The position numbers and the translations under genes are program-made. Under the pieces are notes generated by a model, which worked only from the letters and a program-made list of their open reading frames with translations, was not told where the DNA came from and made no database searches. 64,000 nt of DNA from an uncultured Chloroflexia bacterium (GTDB lineage Bacteria > Chloroflexota > Limnocylindria > Limnocylindrales > CSP1-4), in contig CAWIDI010000003.1 of NCBI GenBank assembly GCA_963834915.1, positions 259,174 to 323,173 on the forward strand, read 5' to 3'. Positions 29,322 through 41,537 of the stretch are shown piece by piece; the first letter of the stretch is position 1; every line of letters starts with the position of its first letter.

Positions 29322-30118
29322 CTGGCGGCTCCGCGCCCGAGGCCGCGCGACGCGAGGTACTCGTAGCTGTCGCGGACGGCGTCCATCGGGTCCCCGTCGC
29401 AGTGGTCGAATTCGACGATCAGCCAGCCGATCCCGGGCAGGGCGTCCCCGGCCTCGACCGCGCCGCCGACGTCGATCACGCCCTGGCCGACCGCGACGTT
29501 GACGAACGGCTCCGCGCCCGCGTCGCTGGGGAGCGTCTCGCCGTCCTTGATGTGGAGCGAGACGACCCGCTCGCCGAGCTCGGTGATCACCGGCCCCGGC
29601 TCGAGCCCGCCCACCTGGACCCAGAAGATGTCGACCTGGAAGACGACCGCCGGGTCGACCAGCTGGAGCAGCCGGCGGTAGACCGGGATGCCCTCGAGCG
29701 GGCGCATCTCGGCCGCATGGTTGTGGTACCCGAGCGACAGCCCGTGCCGCGCGGCGACCGCGGATGCCGCGTTCAGCCGGTCGGCGAAGGCATCGACCAG
29801 GTCCACGGAGGTGAACCCGCTCCCCGACAGGATGATCGACGACGAGCCGAGCTCCGCGACGGCAGCCGACGCCCGGTCGAACGAGTCGAGGTCGTCGAGC
29901 CGCGTCCACGTGTGCGAGCTCGCGACCTGCAGGCCGGCGGCCTCGATCGCCCGGCGAGCGGCGACCGGGTCGCCACCGGGGACATCGACGGTCTCGACCC
30001 CGAGGAAGCCGATGTCCGCGATCGCGGCGAGCGCGGCCGGGTCCAGGCCCAGCCCCGCCACGCCCGGCTTGGTCGTGTCGCGGAAGGTGTAGAGCTGGAC
30101 GGCGAGCGGCTTCGGCAT
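29318..30118 (-). CDS. Sugar phosphate isomerase/epimerase (AP endonuclease 2 TIM barrel)
   Basis: VQLYTFR, YHNHAAE, QVDIFW, LHIKD and IVEFD motifs. Confidence 0.88.
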   Translation of the reverse strand: MPKPLAVQLYTFRDTTKPGVAGLGLDPAALAAIADIGFLGVETVDVPGGDPVAARRAIEAAGLQVASSHTWTRLDDLDSFDRASAAVAELGSSSIILSGSGFTSVDLVDAFADRLNAASAVAARHGLSLGYHNHAAEMRPLEGIPVYRRLLQLVDPAVVFQVDIFWVQVGGLEPGPVITELGERVVSLHIKDGETLPSDAGAEPFVNVAVGQGVIDVGGAVEAGDALPGIGWLIVEFDHCDGDPMDAVRDSYEYLASRGLGRGAAR

Positions 30119-31437
30119 TCAGTCGGCCCCTGTCTTCGGCTTGGATCGGGCGGCCAGGCGGTCCTGGAGGCGGAACCACTCCCCGGCGACCGGCAGGAAC
30201 CAGGCGCGGCCCTCGTAGGGAGCGGGCACGAGCGGGAAGGAGAGGCGGCTCAGGGCCGGCGCCTTGCCCCCGGCCATCCACTCCCCGGCCTTGGTGCCGA
30301 GGTAGGTCATCAGCGCCACGCCCGTCCCGCAGCAGCCGACCGCGTACATCACGCCGTCCTTGGTCCGGCCCATGTGCGGCATCCGGTCGAACGTGAAGCC
30401 GACGTTGCCGCCCCAGGCGTACTCGATGCGGTACGGGGCGAGCTGCGGATGCACCATGAGCAGGCCCTTGTGCAGGATCGACGCGGTCCGGTCGATCGTC
30501 GTCGGCAGCATCGAGGCGCGCCCGCCGAAGACCATCCGTCGGTCGGCGCTGAGGTGCCAGTAGTAGAGGTAGTTCTTGGTGTCGAAGAACGAGCGGCCGT
30601 GCGGGAGAGCTCCCGTGCCAGCTCCTCGGGGAGCGGCTCGCTGGCGATGATGTAGCTCTTGATCGCGATGATCCGCCGCCGCAGCGAGGGCGCGACCCCG
30701 TCCGTGTAGCCGTTCGTGGCGACGAACACGTCGCGCGCCAGGATCGCGCCGCGATCCGTCTCGACCACGAAGCGGCCATCGGCCTGCTTGCGGATCGAGG
30801 TCGCCCGGACGCCCTCGTGGAGGTCCGCGCCGGCGCGGTCCGCGGCCGCGGCGAGACCCGCGAAGTAGCGGCCCGGGTGGACCAGGGCGCTATCCGGGAC
30901 CGCGAGGGCGCCGTAGTAGGCGTCCGAGCCGATCTCCTCGCGGATCCGGTCCTTCGGGATGAGCTCGGCCTGCACCCCGACCGATGCCAGGCTCTTCTGC
31001 GTCTCCTCCAGGTCGTGCACATGGGAGGCGCCGTAGGCCAGCTCGAGATGGCCGTTCTCGCGGAAGTCGCAGTCGATGGCCTCGTCGGCGATGAGGCGCT
31101 TGATCAGCTCGTACGACTCGAGCGTCTCCTGGTAGAGCGCCCGCCGGTCTCCGGGCCGTACTTCTTGAGCAGCGCGGTCGGCCCGAGCTTGTACCGGCAT
31201 GGACGATCCCGCCATTGCGGGTCGAGGCACCCCAGCCGAGCGTGTGGGTCTCGAGGAGCGTGACCGCGGTGCCGCGTTCGCGAGCTCGCGCGCCGCGTTG
31301 ATCCCCGTGTAGCCGCCACCGATGACGACGACATCCGCCGTGTCCGGGAGCGCGCGACCGGATCGGTCGGGCAGCGGCGGCATCGTCGTCTGCCAGTACG
31401 AGCGCCGCTCGTAGTCGTTGCGCTGCGTCCCATCCAC
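30119..31437 (-). pseudogene. FAD-dependent oxidoreductase (PuuB/DAAO family) interrupted by about 4 frameshifts
   Basis: VIGGGYTG, GASTRNGG, VATNGY and YAWGG motifs spread over three frames; breaks near 31275, 31195, 31142 and 30604. May be sequencing error. Confidence 0.75.
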
Positions 31438-31513
31438 GGCCTGAGCCTAGCCGAGCCACCGATCGGGCGTATCGTCGGCCTGCGGTATGCATCGCCGATC
31501 TCACGCCGGACGG

Positions 31514-31540
31514 TGAACCGACGGCTGCCCGCCGGCATCT
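31514..31540 (+). promoter_or_regulatory. ECF-type (auto)promoter
   Basis: TGAACC-N15-GCATCT directly upstream of the sigma gene SD. Confidence 0.45.
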
Positions 31541-31567
31541 GGTGTTCGAACGCCGCAGGAGGGACCC

Positions 31568-32110
31568 ATCCGACCCGCGACCGACCCGGCGACCATCGAC
31601 CGGGCACGCCACGGCGACCCCGACGCGTTCGAGGAGATCGTCAGCGCGCACATGGATGCCGTCTACCGCCTCTCGTTCGCGATCCTCGGCAACGAGGCCG
31701 ATGCACGCGACGCCGCCCAGGAGACCTTTGTCACCGCGTGGCGGCAGCTCGGCAAGCTGCGCGATCCCGATCGGTTCGACGCCTGGTTGCAGCGGGTCGC
31801 CGTCAATGCGGCGCGCATGACGCACCGGGCGCGTCGGCGCCGCGGCATCCGCGAGATCGCGTCGAGTGAGATCGAGCGGTCGGCGGCCGACCCCCTCGCC
31901 GGACCGACCGACGCGGATCGCCTCGAACGCGCGCTCGCGGCGCTCGACATCGACCAGCGCTCGATCCTCGCGCTCCACCACCTCGAGAGCCGGTCGGTGG
32001 CGGAGCTCGCCGGGATCCTCGGGATCCCCGAGGGCACGGTGAAGTCACGGCTCTACACCGCGCGACGGGCGCTGCAAGCCGCCCTGGACGTTGACGGAGC
32101 CGACCGATGA
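31568..32110 (+). CDS. ECF RNA polymerase sigma factor (apparent ATC start)
   Basis: In-frame DRARHGDPDAFEEIV precedes ATG 31652; DAAQETF and GTVKSRL motifs; AGGAGG lies 5 nt before ATC 31568. Confidence 0.85.
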   Translation: MRPATDPATIDRARHGDPDAFEEIVSAHMDAVYRLSFAILGNEADARDAAQETFVTAWRQLGKLRDPDRFDAWLQRVAVNAARMTHRARRRRGIREIASSEIERSAADPLAGPTDADRLERALAALDIDQRSILALHHLESRSVAELAGILGIPEGTVKSRLYTARRALQAALDVDGADR

Positions 32111-34151
32111 CGAGCGCTTCGTGGGACGACGCCCGCCTCGATGCGGCGTTCGAGGAACTCGCTCGAGCCCACCCGACCCCAAGGGACCTCGTCGCCACGA
32201 CGACGTCGGCCCTTACGGCACCGAAACGGTCGCCGATCGCTTGGCGCGGCCTGATCGCCTCGACCGCGCTGGTCGTCGCCACGATCGCGGTCGTCGGCGG
32301 CGTCATCCTCGGCTACGGCGTGCTTCGGCCGGCCGTCCCGTCCGGCGCCTCGCCGACCTTCATCGACGGCCCGAGCCCGGACCTGCGAACGCTCGATGCG
32401 GGCACCTTCCGGTTTGACTTTCCGGCGTCCTGGCACGCCATGGCCGCCAAGCTCGTGGGCAGCGGCGGCGGGTCGCCGGTCGCCCTGCTTGGGACCGAGA
32501 CGGTCGACGCCGCATGCCGATCCGGCGACACGGTCGACATGGACTGCATCTACCAGCTGCCCCTCGCACCGGGGGCCATCCGCGTCGAGGTCTCGACCGA
32601 GGGCATCCGAGGAGGGACCATCTTCGGCCGTCAGGACATCGAGAATGGGACGACGACCCGCCCGTCGATCGGCACGATGCCAGCCGTCCTCGACACGTTC
32701 GACCCCGCACCCGGCAGACTACTACCGCGAAGAGGCCTCGCGGCGCTGGTCGATCGCGACGCCAGGCAACCTCGGCCAGGTGGTGTCGATCGAGCTCCTT
32801 GCGAGGGAGTGGCCCAACGCCGGGACGGGGACCACCACCGCGGATGTCGATGCGATCTCCAGGGTCATGATCGACAGCTTCCGGTTCACGCCACCGCCGG
32901 CGCCCCTCCCCGCGGAACGCGCCGCCGCGATCGCCGCGGGCCATGCCGCCCTCCAGGCCGCGGCCGCCTCGTTCCGGTCCGGCTACGCCCCACCCGGCAA
33001 CAGCCAGTCGATCTATTTCGACTGCCTCGACCCCGCGCCCGAGGTCCTATCCGATGCCGACGTGCGCTTCGGCCCCGGCGGCGACCTCGGCGGTCTCGTC
33101 CACCTCGAGTGCTCGTGGTCGATCGCGGCCGAGTCCCCGGCGATCTGGCGGGTCGACGCGACCTACCGATGGGCGGTCGGCGACGCCGGGGGCGTCTACG
33201 TCGAGACCCGCTGGCTCGATGCTGGAGGCATCGAGATCGGATCGACGTTCCGCGGCGACCCACCGCCCATGGTGGGGCCGGTCGCGACCGAAACCGGACC
33301 TCCGGCGACATCCGGCACGACGGAGCCGCCCGGTACCCCCATCCCGTCCGATGCAGTGCTCGGACTGCCGGTCCTGACCGTGGCCGATGCGATCGCCGTG
33401 CGCGATGGCGGCGTCGACGGCCGGGAGATCGCGGTCCGCGGCTGGTACCGCGATGCGCCGGCAGTGCCATGTCCGAATCTCCTGGGCCAGCTCGTCATCT
33501 ACCAGCTCGACGCCACATGCCCCGAGCAGTTCATGTGGCTGATGCAGGACCCGGAGGCCTTGCATGTCGTCAGCGGCGATATCGACACCACGGCGCCACC
33601 GGTCGGCCCGGCCCTGAACCCCGAGATGGAAGGGCTCGACACCGGCTGGATCCCGGCGCGCACCGGCGTCGCGCCCGCGCCACTCGTCGACGTGCTGATG
33701 GTCGGCCATTTCGATGACCGGCGGGCGTCGTTGTGTCGTGGCGCTGAGCAGCGCTGCCGCGACCGCTTCGTCGTCGACCGGGTCTCGTCCGCGGACGGCG
33801 TCCTGCTGCCGACGAGCAATACCACCGAGAAGGGCGACGGGGCCGGCACTGCGAAGCCCGCCGTCGTCTCGACGGTCGAAGGCCTTGCAGCAGATGCGCC
33901 GATCCTCTCGATCCTGACGGTTCGGCTCGACCGCATCGATTGGTGGGAACCGTCCCTCCGAGAACGTCCCGGCACCGTCATGGACGCCGCGCCCAGCCGA
34001 CTCTCCATGGTCCGCGTCCTGGACGGCGAGCGCCCCACGACCTACCTGGTCGACGAAGAATTCCGGCCGGGTCTGGACGATCGGCGATGTGCCATTGTCG
34101 CCCGTCCAGGTGGCGGGACCCGGGGTGCTCGGACCATCGACCCAACCCTGA
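32107..34151 (+). CDS. Membrane-anchored anti-sigma-like protein, frameshifts near 32703 and probably 34061
   Basis: ATGA coupling to sigma; short cytoplasmic N-terminus, one TM and a long Cys-containing extracellular region that continues in a second frame. Confidence 0.6.
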
Positions 34152-34176
34152 CACCCCGCGCGTCGAGCGCGACGGA

Positions 34177-35571
34177 TCAGTCGCCGGGCGCCTCGTAGGC
34201 GACGCCGCCGCCGGCCATCGTCACGAGCACCCGCCCGAGCAGGTCGCGGCCGAGCAGCGGGGAGTTCTTGCCGCGCGACAGGAGCGCCTCGGCGGTGACG
34301 GTCCAGCGATCGGAGCGATCGAAGACGACCAGGTCCGCCGGCTCTCCCTCGACGAGCCCGACCGCACCGAACCGCCGGGTGCGCTCGCCGAGCACCGATG
34401 CCGGCCCGATGGTCAGCAGCTCGATCGCGCGGAGCAGCGTCAGGTGGCCCGCGTCGACGAGCTCGAGCAGCAGGCCGAGCGCGGTCTCGATGCCGCTGAT
34501 CCCGTTCGCGGCGCTGCCGAATTCGACCGCCTTGTCGACCTCGCTGTGCGGTGCGTGGTCCGTGACGACCGCGTCGGCGGTCCCGTCGAGCAGGGCGACC
34601 AGGCACGCCGCCGCGTCCACCGGGCCACGCAACGGTGGGTTGACCCGCGTCGCCGTCGAGTAAGGCGCCGCGACGAGCGCGCCATCGGCCCACGGGTCGC
34701 GGGCCATCCCGTCGTCATCGAGGGCCTCCCACGACCAGCGCCGCGCCCCGGCGACCCACTCGTCGGTCAGGAGGAGGTGGTGCGGCGTGACGTCGCAGAT
34801 GACCGGCAGGTCGCGCGCCTTCGCGTCGCGGATCAGGTCCAGCGACGCCGCCGTCGAGACGTGGGTCAGGTGCAGCCGCGCCCCCGGGACATCGCCGACG
34901 ACGCCCTCGAGGATCGCGATCGCCCGCCCGACGGCGCCGGACTCGGCCGCGGCAGGCCAGCCGCGCAGCCCCAGCACCGTCGCGACGAATCCCTCGTTGC
35001 GCCTCCGCGCCGTCGGTCAGGCTCGGGTCCTCGGGATGGTCGATGATCGGCAGCCCGAGCGCGCCGGCGTAGGCCAGCGCGTTGCGCAGGATCGCGGCGG
35101 AACGGACGGGGGCGCCGTCGTCGCTGAAGCCCACGACCCCCGCATCCGCGAGCTCCCCGATCGCGGCGAGGGTCTCCCCCGCCCGGCCGGTCGTGACCGC
35201 GCCGATCGCGAGCAGCTCCACGGGAGATCCGGACGCGGCAGCCGACGCCTGGATCCGCGCGAGGACCCCGGGCTCATCGAGAGTCGGCGTCGTGTTGGGC
35301 ATCGCGCAGACCGTGGTGAAGCCGCCGTGTCCGGCGGCCGCGAGGCCGCTGGCGATGGTCTCCGCATCCTCGTTGCCCGGCTCGCGGAGGTGCGCGTGCA
35401 GATCGATGAAGCCAGGGGCGACCACGACGCCACTCGCGTCGATCCCCTCGGCCTCCGCGCCGGTCAGCCACGTCACGGCCTCGAGGATCCCGTCGCGGAC
35501 GACGATCTCGCCAGGGCCTTCCCGGCCCGCGGCCGGATCGACCAGCCAGGCCCGCCCGATATCGAGGTCCG

Positions 35572-35575
<4 letters not shown>
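34177..35575 (-). CDS. pyrC: Dihydroorotase, frameshift near 35000
   Basis: PGFIDLHAHLREPG, MPNT, HVST, TPHHL, TDHAPH and SRGKNSP motifs across two frames. Confidence 0.9.
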
Positions 35576-37270
<1,695 letters not shown>

Positions 37271-37323
37271 CGCGGACAGGATACCGCGCGGAGCGCCGAC
37301 TCGGGGCGTGGCGCGCCCCTCGG

Positions 37324-37878
37324 TCAGTAGATGGAGACCGTGACGGTGGTCGTGCCGGACCACGACGGACAGCCGCAGATCTGGAAGAAGTCCTTCTTGT
37401 CCAGATCGATGATCCGGCTCGTGGACTGCGGCCCGTAGTCGTTCACGACCCGCTCGACGCACCCGGCACCGCCGCACACGATGATCACCGTGCCGCGAGG
37501 GAGGCGCATGGCCGTCAACCCCTCGTTGTAGAAGGTCGCGACACCGGTCAGCGTGGACTTCGGCGGCTTGCGCACCTTGCCAGCGGCGCCGTCCGGCTGG
37601 TCGAGCGAGACCCGCGTCGTCGGCCCGTGCCTGGGGGCCGCGCCGCGCTCGATGAACGAGGCACCCTGCGTGACCGCCCCGGCGGCCGCGGCGGCCGCGT
37701 CGAAGCCGCCGATGGTGATCGGACGGCGCGCGTCGGACGTATTCGGCAGTGGCTGGAGCGCGCCGGCCGGAACGGGGTCGATGGGACGGGGCGTCCCGGA
37801 ACCCGCGAGGCCAGGTAGCGCGCCCAGGGCGAGGGCGGCGGTGAGCACCGACCCTACGACCAACCTGCTGGGTCGCAT
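37324..37878 (-). CDS. Secreted RlpA-like double-psi beta-barrel protein
   Basis: Signal peptide; GVATFY, LPRGT, VNDYGP and RIIDL motifs. Confidence 0.7.
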   Translation of the reverse strand: MRPSRLVVGSVLTAALALGALPGLAGSGTPRPIDPVPAGALQPLPNTSDARRPITIGGFDAAAAAAGAVTQGASFIERGAAPRHGPTTRVSLDQPDGAAGKVRKPPKSTLTGVATFYNEGLTAMRLPRGTVIIVCGGAGCVERVVNDYGPQSTSRIIDLDKKDFFQICGCPSWSGTTTVTVSIY

Positions 37879-37932
37879 GGGACCGTGACGATACGCCGGT
37901 CGGGCCGGGTTCGCACGGCGCTCGCGCGCGGG

Positions 37933-39744
37933 TCAGCGGACGACGACGACGCCCTCGCCGGGCACGCTCTCGACGCTGCCCACGCCATCACCAGACCAGG
38001 CGACGATCTGGACGCGGCTGCCCTCGGCATCCTGCCCGTGGGGCGTCGCCCAGGCCAGCCGGCCATCTCCGATCGAGAACCCGGGGAGTGCCGGGACATC
38101 GGTCGGGGCGCCATCCGGGTGGTGAAGCGTCCCGGCCGCACGATCCAGCCGGAAGAGCGTCAGCCGGCCGATGCTCGGATCGGTCGCGTCGGCGGTCCAG
38201 ATCGCCAGCCAGTCTCCGCTGTCGTCCCAGCGCACGTCGAAGTCGCCGATCTGCTGCTCCTCGCCGACGACCGCCTTGCCCGTCGTGGCGGGGGCGTCGT
38301 CCGCCGGCCAGGCGATGAGCCGCAGGCTGCCCGTGGCGGGGGTGGTCTCGAGACCAGCCGCGTCGGAGCGGACCGTGCCGTCCCACGCGACGGCGTACTG
38401 CCCGGTGGGATCGAGGTTCGGCCGCCAGACCGTGGCGGCCAGTGCCGTCTGGGTACCGCTGGCCGGGTCGATCGCGACCGCCTCCGGGGCCACCTCGGCA
38501 CCGGCGGCCGCGCCATCGGGCAGGCGGCTCGCGATGATTCGCGACCCCTGCCACGACGCGAAGACCGAGCCGTGGTCCGCGGTCAGCGCGCGGGCCTGGC
38601 CATCGCCGACGCGCCAGACGTAGACGTCGGGGCCCGTCGAGCCGTCGGATGGACGGGCCGTGAAGGCGAACCAGTCGCCGTTCTGCGAGAACGCGGCCGA
38701 CTGGCCGACGACCTTGACCCCGCTGGCGATGGCGAGCGCGGTCGCGACGGTGGGTTCCGGCGTCAGGGACGGTGTCGGCGATGGCGAGGCGCTCGGCTCG
38801 ACGGACGGGGTCGGGGATGCGGCATCGGTCGCCGTCGGCGTCGGCGTGGCCGCGGGCGTGGGGCTCGGCGGGTTCGCGCTCGCGGAGTCGGACGGGGTCG
38901 CGCCGGTGCTGGCGGTCGCGACCGGGGTCGGGCTCGGCGACGCGGTGACCTTGGGCGTCGCGGTCGGCTTCGGCGTGGCGGTCGGCGACGGCGATGCGGT
39001 CTGGCGGGCCAGCTGCGTGGTCACGAAGACCTGGTCCCCGCCGGCAGGGTCGGAGCCGACGATGATCGCATGCTGCTCGTCCGGGGCGTTGATGATCGTC
39101 CTGGGCGCCGTTTCCAGGTTCAGGGAGTGCGTCGGGTTCTCGCCGACGTCCGCGCAGTCGGGCTTGTCGCCCGCCGGGCAGACCTGCTTGACGGCCGTCT
39201 GATAGGCCTGCATCCCGTCGCCGGACGTGGCGACCCAGTGGACATCGCCGGCACTGACGGTCATCGGCGTGGCGGCGGCGGTGACCGGTCCGTGGCTGCC
39301 GAGCGCCGCGACGGACGGACCCGGCGCCAGGACGCCCGGGCCGAGCCAGCCGCCCGAGAGCGCCGTCGCCCCGAGCACGATGGCGATGACCGCGATCCCG
39401 CCGACCATGCCGACGGGGAACCGGAAGCCACGGCGGGCACCGCCGCCCTTTGGAAGCAAACGCCCGCGGTGGCCCGCCTCGTGTTCGATGCCGGCCGCGG
39501 TGCGCGCCCACAGGTCGCGCGGCGCCTCAGGGGCGACATCGCGCAGGCCGCGGAGCGCGACCTGGTCGGCGGTATAGGCCGCCGCGACAGCGCGACAGGG
39601 GTCGCAGCCGGCCAGGTGGGCATCAAGCCAGACCGATTCGGCCGGCGCGAGTGCGGCGTCCATCCGCTCGGCGGCACGGACCCGGGCGCGCTCATGCACG
39701 GAGTCCCAATGGTCGGGTCGCCTGGGCACCCGGGCGAACCTCAT
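37933..39744 (-). CDS. Zinc-binding anti-sigma factor with extracellular TolB-like beta-propeller
   Basis: ZAS motif HLAGCDPC, TM, Pro/Thr linker and AFSQNGDWFAF repeats; ATGA overlap with sigma. Confidence 0.8.
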   Translation of the reverse strand: MRFARVPRRPDHWDSVHERARVRAAERMDAALAPAESVWLDAHLAGCDPCRAVAAAYTADQVALRGLRDVAPEAPRDLWARTAAGIEHEAGHRGRLLPKGGGARRGFRFPVGMVGGIAVIAIVLGATALSGGWLGPGVLAPGPSVAALGSHGPVTAAATPMTVSAGDVHWVATSGDGMQAYQTAVKQVCPAGDKPDCADVGENPTHSLNLETAPRTIINAPDEQHAIIVGSDPAGGDQVFVTTQLARQTASPSPTATPKPTATPKVTASPSPTPVATASTGATPSDSASANPPSPTPAATPTPTATDAASPTPSVEPSASPSPTPSLTPEPTVATALAIASGVKVVGQSAAFSQNGDWFAFTARPSDGSTGPDVYVWRVGDGQARALTADHGSVFASWQGSRIIASRLPDGAAAGAEVAPEAVAIDPASGTQTALAATVWRPNLDPTGQYAVAWDGTVRSDAAGLETTPATGSLRLIAWPADDAPATTGKAVVGEEQQIGDFDVRWDDSGDWLAIWTADATDPSIGRLTLFRLDRAAGTLHHPDGAPTDVPALPGFSIGDGRLAWATPHGQDAEGSRVQIVAWSGDGVGSVESVPGEGVVVVR

Positions 39745-40409
39745 CGTGGCTGCCCGTCGGGACCGGGGCCGGAGGCCGTCAGCGGGCCGTCCTCGGCCGC
39801 GGCCTCGGCAGCGCGCTCGGCCGCGAGGGCCTGGCGGAGGCTCTCGCGGGCGCGGGTCAGCAGAGCTCGCGCGGCGACGTGGCTGACGCCCAGGGCGGCG
39901 GCCAGCTCGACGCCGGTCAGGTCGTGGAGCTCGGCGAGCAGCAGGGCCGCCCGCTGGCGCTCGGGGATCCGCTCGAGGGCTCGCTGCATCGGGCCCGAGA
40001 GCCGCGCGTCCATCGCCAGGTGCTCGGCGGAGGGTGCCGCCCCATGCGACTCGCCGGTCCACGGGAAGAAGCGGACGATCTTGCGCCGGCGGATCTCATC
40101 GAGGGCGACGCGGTGGGCGATCTGGTACAGCCACGCCCGGGCGTTCTCGGGCTTCTCGAGCGTCTCGTAGTTCTTGTAGGCCTTGATGAAGGCGTCCTGC
40201 GTCATGTCGGCGGCGACCTCGGGGTCGCGCATCATGCGCAGGAGGTACGCGAAGATCTCGTTATGGTGCTTGGCGAACAGCGTCTCGACGAAGATCGCGG
40301 CCTCGTCGCGGTCCCAGGTGCCGCTCACCGGTCGTCCCAGGCGTGACCGGATACCCGTCGATCCGGTGAGGGCGTCGCTGAGGTCGGCGAAGGGACGGTC
40401 GATAGCCAC
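39741..40409 (-). CDS. ECF RNA polymerase sigma factor
   Basis: DMTQDAFIKAY, AWLYQIA and region-4 ERIPERQRAALLL...LLTRARESL. Confidence 0.9.
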   Translation of the reverse strand: MAIDRPFADLSDALTGSTGIRSRLGRPVSGTWDRDEAAIFVETLFAKHHNEIFAYLLRMMRDPEVAADMTQDAFIKAYKNYETLEKPENARAWLYQIAHRVALDEIRRRKIVRFFPWTGESHGAAPSAEHLAMDARLSGPMQRALERIPERQRAALLLAELHDLTGVELAAALGVSHVAARALLTRARESLRQALAAERAAEAAAEDGPLTASGPGPDGQPR

Positions 40410-40474
40410 GTAGGCTCCGTGCGGAGGATGGGACGCGGCGCACGACGATATCGGGTCGCGCTCGCATGGCCAAG

Positions 40475-40500
40475 GACGCCGGACCTCCCCCCGGTGTGAC
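40475..40500 (-). promoter_or_regulatory. ECF-type promoter
   Basis: GTCACA-N16-CGTC on the minus strand upstream of the sigma gene. Confidence 0.45.
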
Positions 40501-40527
40501 GCGGGCGGGTGCCCGGCTCATCGCCGT

Positions 40528-41532
40528 TCAACCCGTCGCACCTCCCGCGGCGTCGACCCGACCGAGCAGTTCCTCGACGGCGTCTTCTGGCGAGACGGGA
40601 TTCACCGGCAATCCGGTTCCCAGCTCGAGACCGGCGATCTCGCGGAGGCGCGGGTGGATCTCCCAGTGCCAGTGGTAGGTCGAGTCGACCTGCTCGCGCA
40701 GCGGGGCCGTGTGGAGGACGAGGTTGTAGGGCGGCCCGTCGAGGCTGTCGGCGAGCCGGGAGAGGACCTGGCGGAGCGCCTCGGCGGTGGCCGCGATGTC
40801 GGCGGCGCCGATCCGGCCGAAGTCCGCCTCGTGCCGGCGGGGCACGACCCAGACCTCGAACGGGGAGCGCGAGGCGTACGGCGCGAAGGCCACGCTCCCG
40901 GCGTCCTCCCAGACGAGCCGCTCGGGCCGGCGGACCTCGTCGCGCACCAGCCGGCAGAACGGGCACTCCCCCTCGCGGATGACGAACCGCGCCGCGCCGC
41001 CGAGTTCCTCCGCGATCCGGTGCGGGATCTGGGGCAGGTCATAGAGGTCCAGGCAGAGGTGGTTGGTCCGTGCCCCGGCCTGCACGCCCCAGTTCTGGAC
41101 GACCGTCAGGTACTCGGTCTGGGCCGTGGCCTTGGCGGCCGCGATGGCGTCGCGCGCATGGGCCAACAGCGCCTCGATCAGCTCGTTGCCGACGGCATGG
41201 AGTGATCGGTGCTCGTGCGGCGGCGCGACGATCGTCTGCCAGCTGCCGGTCGCGCGCGCCTGCGCGAGCGAGACCTGGGCGAGCCCCTGGTCGCGGTCGA
41301 GCTCGCGGGCCTCGTCGCCGGTGCCGATGACGTGGAACGCGAAGTCGCGCAGCATCCGGACGCGGACGCCGTCGCCCTCCGGCGTCGAGCAGTTGGCGCA
41401 GCCGAACAGGTGGTCGTCGAGCGCCTCGGCCGGTCGCGCGAAGCGGTCGCGATGGAAGGCCCGGTCGACGACGGTCGCGACCCACCACCCGGTGATCGGG
41501 TCCTTGCGGAGTTCGAACAGGCCGCCGGGCAT
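40528..41532 (-). CDS. GalT-fold (galactose-1-P uridylyltransferase-like) protein with altered active site
   Basis: ELRKDPITGWWV, CPFC, PYASRSPFEVW, YHWHWEIHPR and AGLELGTG motifs; HPH replaced by HLC. Confidence 0.8.
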   Translation of the reverse strand: MPGGLFELRKDPITGWWVATVVDRAFHRDRFARPAEALDDHLFGCANCSTPEGDGVRVRMLRDFAFHVIGTGDEARELDRDQGLAQVSLAQARATGSWQTIVAPPHEHRSLHAVGNELIEALLAHARDAIAAAKATAQTEYLTVVQNWGVQAGARTNHLCLDLYDLPQIPHRIAEELGGAARFVIREGECPFCRLVRDEVRRPERLVWEDAGSVAFAPYASRSPFEVWVVPRRHEADFGRIGAADIAATAEALRQVLSRLADSLDGPPYNLVLHTAPLREQVDSTYHWHWEIHPRLREIAGLELGTGLPVNPVSPEDAVEELLGRVDAAGGATG

Positions 41533-41537
41533 GGCGG

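Noticed and set aside
38760-39000. GTCGGC-rich repeats as a DNA element
   Set aside because: They encode the Pro/Thr/Ser linker of the anti-sigma factor.
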